NCBI GenBank assembly: GCA_903877385.1
Contig: CAIRDP010000062.1
Span: 37,640 to 101,639, forward strand
Direction of reading: 5' to 3'
Source: an uncultured Bacteroidales bacterium
GTDB taxonomy: Bacteria; Bacteroidota; Bacteroidia; Bacteroidales; FEN-979
Length of the DNA: 64,000 nucleotides
Shown: positions 27,378 to 37,777 of the stretch, in pieces
Position numbering within the stretch: position 1 is the first letter of the stretch
Layout of the letters: each line of letters begins with the position of its first letter
Notes under the pieces: model-generated
Told to the model about the DNA's origin: nothing
What the model saw: only the letters and a program-made list of their open reading frames with translations
The model's database searches: none
Translations under genes and position numbers: made by a program

Positions 27378-28451
27378 TCAAAGGCTTGTTTTATACCTGT
27401 TTACATAGCCCAGAACCCGGCTGTCGAAAAGCTCTTTATCGCTTCCGTGAAATTCAATGCTTATCGGGATGTAAAAGATGGGAAGATGTTCCAGTAGAGG
27501 CGAAAGTTCGGCAGTCCTGAGCCGCATCGCATCTTTCTCGGTGGTTATAATGACTTTTTTCTGAGTGGGGATTTCGTTGAACCTGGTTTCTATCAATGCA
27601 ACATCAGATGCTGTAAACGCGTGATGGTCGTTAAACCTCAGCAGAACAATATCAGAGCATAATCTTTCGATATGTTCCTGCAGGAAGCTGTGATCGGCAA
27701 TGCCAGTGAGCAGGAGAATGCTCAACAGTTTCAAAGGGAAAGCCGAAGGGGCAGGCTCAAGCAAAGGAACAGGTTCATTGTAAGCAATATACGAGAAAAA
27801 AATCTGCTGATGCTTTTGGATCTTAAGGTCTTCTATGACCCTTCTTCTTGAAATAGGGGAGAATATCTTCGGGGTTTTGGTGACAACGATTATATTCGCC
27901 CTGTTTGCCCCTGACGGGAATTCCCTCAGGGTCCCTGAAGGAACAACATGGTCTTCGCTGTACAGCTTTGAATAAGAAGTCAGAAGAATAGAAAGCCCGG
28001 GTCTTACATACCTGTGCTGGAAAGCGTCATCCAGAAGGACCACATCGAGATCGTTGTACCTGCTTATCAGATTGGTAAGCCCCCGTTTCCTTTTCTCATC
28101 AACGGCAACTTTGATATTGTCGAATTTGCTTACAAGCTGAAGGGGTTCATCCCCGATCTCGTTCACCTTTGACCCTGGGGATGCAAGAATAAATCCCTTG
28201 CTTTCACGGCCATAGCCCCGGCTTAAGGTGGCTACAGAAACCGAACTTGACAACATGCGGATAAGGTATTCGATATGAGGGGTCTTGCCGGTACCTCCCA
28301 TCGAAAGGTTACCGACCGAAATCACAGCTTTGTCAAAATGGGCAGATGGAAGTATCCTCAGGTCGAACAAGATGTTCCTCAGCTGCATTACAAATCCGTA
28401 AACCAGGGAAAATGGATATAATATGTATTGAAGCAACTGCATATATTTCAA
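27378..28451 (-). CDS. lpxK: Tetraacyldisaccharide 4'-kinase
   Basis: VGNLSMGGTGKTP, LSRGYG, GDEP, LDDAFQH, TTEKD. Confidence 0.96.
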   Translation of the reverse strand: MKYMQLLQYILYPFSLVYGFVMQLRNILFDLRILPSAHFDKAVISVGNLSMGGTGKTPHIEYLIRMLSSSVSVATLSRGYGRESKGFILASPGSKVNEIGDEPLQLVSKFDNIKVAVDEKRKRGLTNLISRYNDLDVVLLDDAFQHRYVRPGLSILLTSYSKLYSEDHVVPSGTLREFPSGANRANIIVVTKTPKIFSPISRRRVIEDLKIQKHQQIFFSYIAYNEPVPLLEPAPSAFPLKLLSILLLTGIADHSFLQEHIERLCSDIVLLRFNDHHAFTASDVALIETRFNEIPTQKKVIITTEKDAMRLRTAELSPLLEHLPIFYIPISIEFHGSDKELFDSRVLGYVNRYKTSL

Positions 28452-28494
28452 TGCCGAAATTAAGAAAAAATCAGAATGTTATGGCAGGCAGGGA

Positions 28495-28890
28495 TTAATA
28501 TTGATTAGCCTTTTTGAGAAGATACTTCAGATTTTTGAGTAATTCCGATATTCCGTTCTCCAGTTTGCTTGTCTTAACAATGAAATCAGCTGCCCCGGAT
28601 TCAAGTAATTTCATAGCCAGAACAGGATCGGCAATGGACGAAAAATAAATCACCCTCACTTCCGGAAAAGAATCGCTTACTTTTCTGAGGAAATCAAATC
28701 CTGTATAGTTGCCTATATCGTAATCGGTGATGATAATGTCAGGGACTGTGCCTCTTTGCAGTCTGAATAAACATTCCTGCCCGTTTGGAAAGTTTTGGAC
28801 CTGGCTTAATTTATTGATATTCAGATGGTATTTGATCAGGCTGTTATGGATCGGGTTCCTGTCGACAATGAAAATACTTGGTGTTTGCAT
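28495..28890 (-). CDS. Single-domain response regulator receiver
   Basis: IFIVD, PDIIITDY, GFDFL, GAADFIVK. Confidence 0.85.
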   Translation of the reverse strand: MQTPSIFIVDRNPIHNSLIKYHLNINKLSQVQNFPNGQECLFRLQRGTVPDIIITDYDIGNYTGFDFLRKVSDSFPEVRVIYFSSIADPVLAMKLLESGAADFIVKTSKLENGISELLKNLKYLLKKANQY

Positions 28891-29044
28891 AAAAACCTGA
28901 GCAGGTGTTTTCTAGTATTCAAATATTCAAAAAAAATGGACTTTCTTTCCAGGCCTGCTCCGAAAACTTTTAAACAACTTACTAACACGAAACCTCTTGT
29001 AAATCCTTGGATTTCTTATTTTTGCGGGATCAATTTCAGAAAAG

Positions 29045-30139
29045 ATGCAACTGAAGGAACTTACCGGATTCCTCGAGAGCTTTGCTCCGCTTGCTTTCCA
29101 GGAGGATTATGACAATTCGGGGCTGATTGCAGGGAACCCTGAACAGGAAATAAATGCAGCCCTTCTTTGCCTGGATATTACCCGGGGTACGGTTGATGAA
29201 GCTATAAGAAGGGGCTGCAATCTCATTATTTCGCATCATCCTTTTATATTTCACGGGCTGAAAAAGCTTGAAGCGGGGAAAAGTGAATCCGAAATCCTTG
29301 TCAAGTTGATAAAGAATGATATCGCGGTATATGCCATCCACACGAACCTTGATAATGCCCGTGAGGGTCTTAATGCATACATCTGCAGTAAGCTCGGCCT
29401 TTCGGGCCTGAAGATCCTGAGTGAAAAAAGCGGAATGCTGTCAAAACTGGTGACTTTCTGTCCTTTGGATTATGCTCCCGGGGTACGGCAGGCAATATTT
29501 GATGCAGGCGCCGGTATTCTTGGAAAATATGATTTCTGCAGCTTTAATGTCAACGGGCAGGGGACTTTCAGGGCATCTCCTGATGCAAATCCTTTTATTG
29601 GGGAGAAAAATTCCCTGCATTTTGAAGACGAGACAAGGATTGAGGTCATTTTCCCCTCCCATATCGAAGGACGGCTTTTAAAGGCCCTGAGGGAAGCCCA
29701 CCCTTACGAGGAAGTTGCCTTTGATATATACCCCTTGTCAAATCCGTATCCTGCATGCGGGGCCGGGATGTACGGCGAACTCACCAAAGCCATGAATGCA
29801 GCAGACTTCCTGGAACTGGTGAAGCATAAGCTGAAAATAAAAATGATACGGCATAGCCAGCTGCCCGCGAAGCCGGTTTTAAGGGTTGCAGTATGCAGCG
29901 GATCAGGAGGTTTCCTTCTGCCCGGGGCGATAAAAGCCGGGGCCGACGTGTTTCTTACCGCCGATGTGAAATACCATGATTTTTTCGATGCAAACGGGAA
30001 CATTCTCCTGGCCGATATAGGGCATTATGAAAGCGAGCAATGGATAAAAGACCTGCTGACCGAAAGATTAATGGAAAAATTTCCTACCTTTGCAGTCCTT
30101 TCCTCAGGACTCAATACTAATCCTGTTCATTATTTATAA
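29045..30139 (+). CDS. Nif3-like dinuclear metal-centre protein
   Basis: QEDYDNSGL, IISHHP, HTNLD, HPYEEVA.D, GHYESE. Confidence 0.95.
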   Translation: MQLKELTGFLESFAPLAFQEDYDNSGLIAGNPEQEINAALLCLDITRGTVDEAIRRGCNLIISHHPFIFHGLKKLEAGKSESEILVKLIKNDIAVYAIHTNLDNAREGLNAYICSKLGLSGLKILSEKSGMLSKLVTFCPLDYAPGVRQAIFDAGAGILGKYDFCSFNVNGQGTFRASPDANPFIGEKNSLHFEDETRIEVIFPSHIEGRLLKALREAHPYEEVAFDIYPLSNPYPACGAGMYGELTKAMNAADFLELVKHKLKIKMIRHSQLPAKPVLRVAVCSGSGGFLLPGAIKAGADVFLTADVKYHDFFDANGNILLADIGHYESEQWIKDLLTERLMEKFPTFAVLSSGLNTNPVHYL

Positions 30140-30147
30140 AGATTGAT

Positions 30148-31095
30148 ATGGCAAAGACAAAAGGAGAACCTATCGCAACTTCAAAGCCTTCAAAAATGGC
30201 CAAAAAGCCGGCTGTAAAAGAAACTGCTGAAATAGCTGTGACTGAAAAGAAGGAGACTGAAAAGAAGGAGACTAAAAAGAAAGCAGTTCCTGCAAAAGAA
30301 GAAAAAACTGCGGTAAAAACCCAGCCAAAAGCAAGGGCCGAAAGCGCCGACGATAAAGTCGAAGTCCCGATTGAAAAGAAATTAATCGCATTGTACAGCC
30401 TCCAGCAGGTCGATTCCCAGGTTGACAAGATCAGGATCATCAGGGGGGAACTCCCGCTTGAAGTACAGGACCTGGAAGATGAAATTGCCGGGCTTGAAAC
30501 AAGGGTTGAGAATTATATACAGGAAACCCTGGCCGTTGAAAAGTCAATTACCGAGAAAAAAACATTCATTAAGGATTGCCATGCCCTGATCAAGAAATAT
30601 GAGGATCAGCAGATGAATGTGCGAAACAACCGTGAATATGACTCGCTTACCAAGGAGATCGAGTTCCAGAATCTCGAGATACAGCTTGCCGAAAAACGGA
30701 TCAAGGAATTCCAGGCCTCCCTGGATGTAAAGAAGGAAGAGATCGACCGTTACCAGAAACTCCTTTCCGACCGCAAGAATGATCTCGAGATCAAGAAGAA
30801 TGAGCTTGATGATATCATTGCTGAAACCGAGAAGGAAGAGCAGGACCTGATCACGTTTTCAGAAAAGAACCGCAAGTATATCGAGGAAAGGCTGCTTACT
30901 GCCTACACCAGGATACGCAAGAATGCAAGGAACGGGCTGGCCGTGGTACAGATTGAGAGGGATGCCTGCGGCGGATGTTTTAACAAGATACCTCCCCAGC
31001 ACCAGCTCGATATCAGGATGCATAAGAAGATCATTGTTTGTGAATATTGCGGAAGGATACTTGTTGACGATGAAATAGTGCAAAGCGTGCGCTGA
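30148..31095 (+). CDS. Coiled-coil protein with C4 zinc ribbon (DUF164/CT398-like)
   Basis: RGELPLEV.DLEDE, long coiled coil, CGGC...CEYCGRIL. Confidence 0.9.
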   Translation: MAKTKGEPIATSKPSKMAKKPAVKETAEIAVTEKKETEKKETKKKAVPAKEEKTAVKTQPKARAESADDKVEVPIEKKLIALYSLQQVDSQVDKIRIIRGELPLEVQDLEDEIAGLETRVENYIQETLAVEKSITEKKTFIKDCHALIKKYEDQQMNVRNNREYDSLTKEIEFQNLEIQLAEKRIKEFQASLDVKKEEIDRYQKLLSDRKNDLEIKKNELDDIIAETEKEEQDLITFSEKNRKYIEERLLTAYTRIRKNARNGLAVVQIERDACGGCFNKIPPQHQLDIRMHKKIIVCEYCGRILVDDEIVQSVR

Positions 31096-32627
31096 TGTGC
31101 CCTTATCACACAAGAAAAAAGGCCCGGTTGAGCAAATTTCTGCTGCTAAGCTGGGCCTTTCTGTTTCCCTTTGTTTCCTTGTTTGCCCAGTTCCATTATT
31201 CCCAGAATTGCCAGAAGGCATACCAGGATATCATCAACCTGCATTTCCAGGAAGCCCGTCAGCTCATCTCTTCTGAAAAAGCTTCCGATCCCGGCAACCT
31301 GGTACCTGCCTACCTTGAGAATTACATTGATTTCCTTACCGTGTTCATAGGGGAGGAGCGAAGCCAGTATGATCGTATAAAGCCCTTATTCCTGGCCCGG
31401 ATCGATGCTCTTGAAACAGGCTACAGGTCTTCGCCGTATTTAAATTTCTGTTTGGGCGAAGCCAATCTCCAGCTTGCTTCTGTACAGATGAAATTCGGTG
31501 AATTTACACAGGCTGCACTAAGGGTGCGCAAGGCCCATCATTATTATACCGAAAATGAAAAGAATTTTCCGGAATTCCTTCCGAATTATATTGGCCTTGG
31601 GATCACCCATGTATTGGGGGGGATAGTCCCCGACAGTTACAAATGGATAGCCAACCTGATGGGAGTCGACGGGACTATAGTCCAGGGATTGCAGGAATTG
31701 AAATCAGCTGCAGATTACAACGGGTCTGATGCAGTTTATAACCTGTACCGGCCCCAGGCCCTGGTATACCTGGCGATGGTGAGCGCTAACCTAAGCAGGG
31801 ACAAAAGCGAAGCCCTCAGGATTTTTGCGCAAATCGAAAAGAACAATAAGTCACAAAGCCTGCTCATCATTTTCGCGAGGGCTAATGTCATGATGAAGAA
31901 CGGTTTGAATGCACAGGCGCTTGAACTGCTAAAACAAAGGCCTCACGATGCGGCTGCTTACCCGTTTTATTACCTGGATTTCATGGAAGGAGTGGCAAAG
32001 CTCAACAGTCTCGATACCTCGGCCATGACCGATCTCAGGTTCTTCGTGGATCATTTCAGGGGGATCAATTACATCAAATCGGCCTGGCAGAAAATGGCCT
32101 GGCTGCAGTTTTTAAAAGGAGATACAAACGCTTACAGGAAGTGCATGGATAAAATACTTGCTTCGGGCAATCCGGGAGGGGAGGAGGACAGGCAGGCCAT
32201 ACGCGAAGCCCAGTTAAAACAGCTCCCCAACCTGGTCCTGCTGAGGGCCCGGCTGCTGTTCGACGGAGGGTATTACGACCGGGCTTTGTCGGAACTCCTG
32301 AACCGGTCAACCAAAACATTCCTGTTCAACCGTAAAGACCTCCTTGAATACTCATACCGCCTGGGCAGGATATACCATGAATCGGGCAATCCCGACAAGG
32401 CTCTCTCATATTACAGGCTTACCGTACAGCGAGGGAAGCATGAGTCCTGGTATTTCGCAGCAGCTTCAGCCCTTCAGATGGGGCTTATTTATGAGAATAA
32501 AGGTGAACTTTCAAAGGCCGACAGTGCTTACCATGTTTGCCTGAGCTGCAAGCCTGCCGATTATAAAAACAGCCTCAGCCAGAAGGCCAAGGCTGGAATC
32601 AGCAGAATTAAATCGGTTCGTCCTTAA
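31095..32627 (+). CDS. TPR-repeat exported protein
   Basis: Signal peptide, ARLLFDGGYY, YRLGRIY TPR-like helices. Confidence 0.75.
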   Translation: MCPYHTRKKARLSKFLLLSWAFLFPFVSLFAQFHYSQNCQKAYQDIINLHFQEARQLISSEKASDPGNLVPAYLENYIDFLTVFIGEERSQYDRIKPLFLARIDALETGYRSSPYLNFCLGEANLQLASVQMKFGEFTQAALRVRKAHHYYTENEKNFPEFLPNYIGLGITHVLGGIVPDSYKWIANLMGVDGTIVQGLQELKSAADYNGSDAVYNLYRPQALVYLAMVSANLSRDKSEALRIFAQIEKNNKSQSLLIIFARANVMMKNGLNAQALELLKQRPHDAAAYPFYYLDFMEGVAKLNSLDTSAMTDLRFFVDHFRGINYIKSAWQKMAWLQFLKGDTNAYRKCMDKILASGNPGGEEDRQAIREAQLKQLPNLVLLRARLLFDGGYYDRALSELLNRSTKTFLFNRKDLLEYSYRLGRIYHESGNPDKALSYYRLTVQRGKHESWYFAAASALQMGLIYENKGELSKADSAYHVCLSCKPADYKNSLSQKAKAGISRIKSVRP

Positions 32628-34072
32628 AACCTGAAGCCAATGGTAGTCAGGACTGTGCTTGTGGTCAATGTGTTTGTCGATGGCAGCATACCGGTATAAT
32701 TATACAAGTAGTATTCCTCTTTCGACTGTGCCCACTGGTAGGTCACATCGGCATAGAAATGTTTGATCCTGTAACCGGCCCCGCCTGAGATCGTATACCT
32801 TGCCCCGTCGATTCCTGAAGTCGTATAGGGATTGCTGTAGTATGCCGCTCCAGCCCTGATCCTGAAATCGGCTATTCTCCATTCAGTTCCCACACGGATG
32901 TTGCCCCAGGACTGGAAACTGCTTTTAATGTCATTATTTTCATTGGTAAATGAATAATCCGGGGCAGAGAGCCTGGCCTGGGAATAATTGACATATTCAT
33001 ACTCGGCGCTGATCAGCCCGAAGTTCCCTATGACAAAGGCAAGGCTGCCAATGGCCCTGAAGGGTGTACGCATGTAATAAGAATAGTCACCAACGGGGGA
33101 ATTCTGGCTGTTATTATTCAGGCCTGATCCCGGGTCGTAATATGCCGATGTTGTTGAGAACCAATGGTCGTGCATATTGGGGTACCAGGTTGGGGAGTGA
33201 ATGGCAACACCTATGCGCATCCAGTTAAGGGGACGGTAGATCACTCCTCCCTTGATCACAAAACCAGTTCCATGGGTCTCGAGATGATAATCATAATACA
33301 TTGAACTGAAGTACCGGATTGAGTCACCATTGTCTTTTTCGGAATACGTTGAATTCTCATAATAGCGTATGAAAGGAACCCCGAATGTTACTCCGAAATA
33401 CAGCTTATCGCCCAGGTTTCCGCCCATGGTGATATCGAACTCGTTTATGGAACCTATGGTGGTTACCTGCTTGGATTGGTAAGCGCCTCCATGAGGCTGG
33501 TCGCTTGTGTACCTGTTGTTGCTGTCAAGGTATATAAGGCTAGCATCAGAGGCAGGGCCTATATCGAAAGGATAATCAGAAGGTTTGCTTCCGGGGGTGT
33601 TGTTTAATTTATCGGTGTACACATTCAGCAGAGAACTGGAATGGTTAGGGCCTGAGATGGTGAAGGATGAATTGAAGTCATTCTGGCGGTTCATCCCGAA
33701 ACCGACGTTAAAGTTAAAAAATGAGCCGGTTCTCACCTGGGGTTTGAATGTAAACACAAAGCCGATGTTGCCCATCCCCACATTCAAGGTATTGGTTGAA
33801 TTCATCTGGCTGAGGTAATCAGTTCTGATGTTTTCTACTGCAGGTGCAATTGTCATTGAGAACTCCGAACCCTGGTAAAGTCCTATCCCTGCAGGGTTTA
33901 TTGCAAGTGCAGAGAAATCAGCACCCACTGCACCGAATGCTCCTCCGGTTCCTACAAACCTGGCCGTTCCGCTGTAGTATATTCTCGAGTACCTGAGAAC
34001 ATCTGATGAGGATTGGGTAAAAGCGGCCTGGGAAAGGAGGATTGAGATAAAAATCACTGTCAGCTTTTTCAT
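32624..34072 (-). CDS. Outer-membrane beta-barrel, FadL/OmpP1-like
   Basis: GTARF...GGAFGA.GAD.S...NPAG plug motif; terminal IGFRF. Confidence 0.85.
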   Translation of the reverse strand: MKKLTVIFISILLSQAAFTQSSSDVLRYSRIYYSGTARFVGTGGAFGAVGADFSALAINPAGIGLYQGSEFSMTIAPAVENIRTDYLSQMNSTNTLNVGMGNIGFVFTFKPQVRTGSFFNFNVGFGMNRQNDFNSSFTISGPNHSSSLLNVYTDKLNNTPGSKPSDYPFDIGPASDASLIYLDSNNRYTSDQPHGGAYQSKQVTTIGSINEFDITMGGNLGDKLYFGVTFGVPFIRYYENSTYSEKDNGDSIRYFSSMYYDYHLETHGTGFVIKGGVIYRPLNWMRIGVAIHSPTWYPNMHDHWFSTTSAYYDPGSGLNNNSQNSPVGDYSYYMRTPFRAIGSLAFVIGNFGLISAEYEYVNYSQARLSAPDYSFTNENNDIKSSFQSWGNIRVGTEWRIADFRIRAGAAYYSNPYTTSGIDGARYTISGGAGYRIKHFYADVTYQWAQSKEEYYLYNYTGMLPSTNTLTTSTVLTTIGFRF

Positions 34073-34109
34073 GGTTGTAGTATTTATAGCAAATGGGTTT
34101 TAAGATTTT

Positions 34110-35444
34110 CTACCTTCTTCCGCCTCCGCCTCCTGAATGGCCGCCACCGCCGCCACCGCCGCCACCGCCGCCGGAACGTGAGCCGCCTCCGCCTCCGCTG
34201 TAACCACCGCCGCCGGAACGGCCTCCGCCTCCGTTGTAACCTCCGCCTGAGCGAGAGCCTCCGAAAGAGGAAGAATGAGAGGGTGTAAATCCTCTTGAAG
34301 GAGAGTAATTCCTTGGTGCGCTATACTGCTGGGACCTGGCCCCGCCTGAATTTCCCGAAGAAACATTTCCTCTCTGGCCAACGGCTGAACCGCCGCGGTT
34401 TGATGAGGATGCTGCCTGCCTGCCTGCCGAGTTTTGTGCCTGGACCCTGGGATTGATGTAGTCCTGGCTGGAGCGTGCCTGCCTGTAATTGCCCGGGGTG
34501 TAATTCTGAACCTGGCCCTGGCGTTGAACTGCCGTATTGCCGGGTTGGGTATATCTTGGCGAAGGCTGCTGTTTTGTTGCGCGGTAAGCGTTGACCTGGC
34601 CTGTGTTCCTGCTGTAAGTTCCCTGCCGTTCATTTGCAGGACGGGTATAATGATACCGTTCCTGGGATGCAGTTGGGTTGCGCTGGTTTGTTGCGGGGTC
34701 AGTTGAGCGCACAGTACCGTTATTCCGGCCTGTTGAGCGGACCGATGGGGGCGTAGCCGAACGCGTATTGGCTGTAGGGGAAATGCTGCTGTTCCTGCTT
34801 GCCGGTATGGCGGTAGAATTACCCCTGGAGCTGGGTGCATAGGCGGTGTTTCTTACCGAGCTTTGCCTTGGACCGTAATATGAATTGTAATAGCCTCCCT
34901 CCCGATATGGGTAATAACCTCCGTACCAGTATGGATAACCCCAGTAAGCGTATGGATTGTAATACCACCAGTAAGGTGAATTCCAGTAATAAGGATACCC
35001 CCAGCCGTAACCCATACCGTAGCCCATTCCGAAACCGAATGTGAACGACGGGCCCCAGTCGTAATATCCTCCTCCATAACCGAGATTGATGTTAACATTG
35101 GAGCCCCCGCAGCAAGCAGAGGTTGTATCGGCAGATGAACCATCAAAATAACTTTTGGCGGTTTGGGGATGCTGGAATTTCTTTATCCTGTCGGCATAGG
35201 ATATATCACTGTAATCGAGTGTTGCAGCATTGGCTTTGAGACTGTCATGTGCAACGGCTGATGAGTTTGAAGCCAGGGCTGTAGTGAGGTCCTGGTTGTA
35301 ATTCGGGGCCGTGTTGCTCTTGGCTTTTTGTCGTGAGGGTGTGGAATACACATCGTCGTTATTTACCGAAAGGGCCTGTTGCTGGGTTTTACAGGCACTC
35401 ATCATGAGACTGATGATCACTGCGATAAATGCTGCTCTTTTCAT
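34110..35444 (-). CDS. Lipoprotein with Tyr/Trp/Gly-rich and Gly/Ser/Arg low-complexity tail
   Basis: Lipobox MMSAC, DDVY motif, aromatic-rich core, GGGG tail; divergent from proS. Confidence 0.8.
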   Translation of the reverse strand: MKRAAFIAVIISLMMSACKTQQQALSVNNDDVYSTPSRQKAKSNTAPNYNQDLTTALASNSSAVAHDSLKANAATLDYSDISYADRIKKFQHPQTAKSYFDGSSADTTSACCGGSNVNINLGYGGGYYDWGPSFTFGFGMGYGMGYGWGYPYYWNSPYWWYYNPYAYWGYPYWYGGYYPYREGGYYNSYYGPRQSSVRNTAYAPSSRGNSTAIPASRNSSISPTANTRSATPPSVRSTGRNNGTVRSTDPATNQRNPTASQERYHYTRPANERQGTYSRNTGQVNAYRATKQQPSPRYTQPGNTAVQRQGQVQNYTPGNYRQARSSQDYINPRVQAQNSAGRQAASSSNRGGSAVGQRGNVSSGNSGGARSQQYSAPRNYSPSRGFTPSHSSSFGGSRSGGGYNGGGGRSGGGGYSGGGGGSRSGGGGGGGGGGGHSGGGGGRR

Positions 35445-35534
35445 GGTTTTGGTTCCTTTATAATTCAATTTTTAGTACTTTTGACGGGCTAATAATAGCA
35501 AAGCATAACAGCAAATATCATACCAAAGTATTAA

Positions 35535-37010
35535 ATGGCTAAAGATTTTCCAACCCGTTCAGAGAATTATTCACAGTGGTATAATGATCTGGTAATCAAG
35601 GCCGATTTGGCCGAAAATTCAGCTGTCAGAGGTTGCATGGTGATAAAACCATACGGTTTCGCAATCTGGGAAAAAATCCAATCCATATTGGATAAGAAAT
35701 TCAAGGATACCGGTCATTCGAACGTTTATTTCCCGATTTTTATCCCGAAATCCTTCTTCAGCAAGGAGGCAAGCCATGTGGAGGGATTTGCAAAAGAATG
35801 TGCCGTAGTCACCCATTACAGGCTGAAGAAGTCCCCTGACGGCAAAGGAATCATCGTTGATGAAGACGCCAAGCTCGAGGAGGAGCTGATCGTTCGCCCC
35901 ACTTCCGAAACCATCATATGGGATACATACAGGAACTGGATAAAATCGTACCGTGACCTTCCACTTTTATACAACCAGTGGGCCAACGTTGTGCGCTGGG
36001 AAATGCGTACGCGTTTGTTCCTGCGTACAGCGGAATTCCTTTGGCAGGAGGGACATACGGCTCATGCAAGCCAGGAAGAAGCTTTGAAGGAAGCAGAAAC
36101 CATGCTTGGTGTTTATGCCGATTTTGTTGAGAACTGGATGGCTATTCCTGTTCTGAAAGGTGTTAAATCACCCAATGAGCGTTTTGCCGGAGCCATTGAA
36201 ACGTATGCCATTGAGGCACTTATGCAGGATGGTAAAGCGCTTCAGGCAGGAACATCGCATTTCCTCGGACAAAATTTCGCCAAGGCATTTGACGTGAAAT
36301 TCCTGAACCGTGATAACCAGCTGGAGTATGTTTGGGCTACTTCCTGGGGGGTTTCCACCCGTTTAATGGGCGCCCTGGTGATGGCCCATTCCGATGACAA
36401 TGGACTTGTGCTCCCGCCCAGGCTGGCGCCAATCCAGGTTGCCATAGTGCCCGTATTCAAAAACCAGGAACAACTGGACCTGATCTCAAAGGTGGTCCTC
36501 CCAGTTAAAAAGGCTCTTGAAAGCAAGGGTGTACTTGTCAAGTATGACGACAGGGATACGCATAAACCCGGGTGGAAATTCGCTGAATACGAATTCAAGG
36601 GAGTACCTTTAAGGATCACTATCGGTCCCCGTGATATCGAGAACAATACGGTTGAGATCGCCCGAAGGGATACCCTCGAGAAGGAAACCTTCCTGATCAC
36701 CGACATCGAAGAAAAGGTGGTCCACCTTCTGGATAAAATTCAGAAAAACCTGTATGACAGGGCATTGTCGTTCAGGGAACAAAACACTTTTACAGTGAAT
36801 ACCTGGGATGAGTTCGTTGATACCATCGAGAAAAAGGGTGGCTTTATCTCGGCTCACTGGGACGGGACCACCGAAACCGAAGAAAAGATAAAGGAAGCGA
36901 CCAAAGCGACCATCAGGGTAATTCCTCTGAATAATGTGAAGGAAGCCGGCCGTTGTGTTTTTTCGGGAAAACCGTCAACACAGAGGGTTATATTTGCCCG
37001 TGCTTATTAA
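35535..37010 (+). CDS. proS: Proline--tRNA ligase (archaeal/eukaryote-type)
   Basis: [46 protein letters not shown]-terminal FARAY. Confidence 0.98.
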   Translation: MAKDFPTRSENYSQWYNDLVIKADLAENSAVRGCMVIKPYGFAIWEKIQSILDKKFKDTGHSNVYFPIFIPKSFFSKEASHVEGFAKECAVVTHYRLKKSPDGKGIIVDEDAKLEEELIVRPTSETIIWDTYRNWIKSYRDLPLLYNQWANVVRWEMRTRLFLRTAEFLWQEGHTAHASQEEALKEAETMLGVYADFVENWMAIPVLKGVKSPNERFAGAIETYAIEALMQDGKALQAGTSHFLGQNFAKAFDVKFLNRDNQLEYVWATSWGVSTRLMGALVMAHSDDNGLVLPPRLAPIQVAIVPVFKNQEQLDLISKVVLPVKKALESKGVLVKYDDRDTHKPGWKFAEYEFKGVPLRITIGPRDIENNTVEIARRDTLEKETFLITDIEEKVVHLLDKIQKNLYDRALSFREQNTFTVNTWDEFVDTIEKKGGFISAHWDGTTETEEKIKEATKATIRVIPLNNVKEAGRCVFSGKPSTQRVIFARAY

Positions 37011-37012
37011 AG

Positions 37013-37777
37013 TCAGAAAGGTTCAAGAACCCCTTTGCCTGTGAATTTTCCACCCACCCCGGGAGGATTGCCGGTATAGTATACGCTTCCTATATTTTCA
37101 ATGACCGCATAGATTGAAACGCTCACATTGACATAACAGTCGTTGCTCCCCTTGCTGGTCACATAACAATACATGGTTTTAAGATCTTTGGCCTGGAAAA
37201 ATCCCAGGTCATTGGTATAAACAGATGCCATGTTGCAGGTCCCATGGAGGTTATAGTCGGCAGTCCCCATGAGCAGTCCGAACCATCCCTTGCTGTAATT
37301 CAATGCAAGGTCAATGGTCCCGCAGCCACCCCAGACTTCAACCTTGACCGAATCCCCTGCCAGGGTATTGGTCGAGCTTACATCCCCCGAAGCATTATAA
37401 TAGATTTTCCAGAGGTTTTTTACCGAGACATGTGCGTTTATCGGTTTATCGTAGCTTCTAAGCCAGTTGCAGGTATTGAGGTTGCGTATGACAAGCTGCC
37501 GGTTTTGTATAAGGGTCGTGATCCCCGAAATTATATTGCTCCCTGCTTCGACGGTAACCTTGTCCACCGTATCCTGTGTAAGGATAAGGTTCACGTTATC
37601 GGCCAGATCAATGCTGTCGAAAGGGGTAACCGGTCTCTCCTGCATGATAACGGAGCCCGAATTACTGAAGCATTTGCCTCCCTTGCTGCAGGAGACGAAT
37701 CCAGCTGATACGGCGACGACTGCCGCAAAAAACAGGAAGAGGCCGGTAAATGCCTTATTTGATCGTCTTCTTTCCAT
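37013..37777 (-). CDS. Head GIN domain (DUF2807) lipoprotein
   Basis: Lipobox FVSC, beta-helical repeats, ends GSVYYTGNP. Confidence 0.8.
   Translation of the reverse strand: MERRRSNKAFTGLFLFFAAVVAVSAGFVSCSKGGKCFSNSGSVIMQERPVTPFDSIDLADNVNLILTQDTVDKVTVEAGSNIISGITTLIQNRQLVIRNLNTCNWLRSYDKPINAHVSVKNLWKIYYNASGDVSSTNTLAGDSVKVEVWGGCGTIDLALNYSKGWFGLLMGTADYNLHGTCNMASVYTNDLGFFQAKDLKTMYCYVTSKGSNDCYVNVSVSIYAVIENIGSVYYTGNPPGVGGKFTGKGVLEPF

Noticed and set aside
34100-34840. 246-aa alternative-frame ORF
   Set aside because: Frame-shifted shadow of the low-complexity Gly/Ser-rich gene
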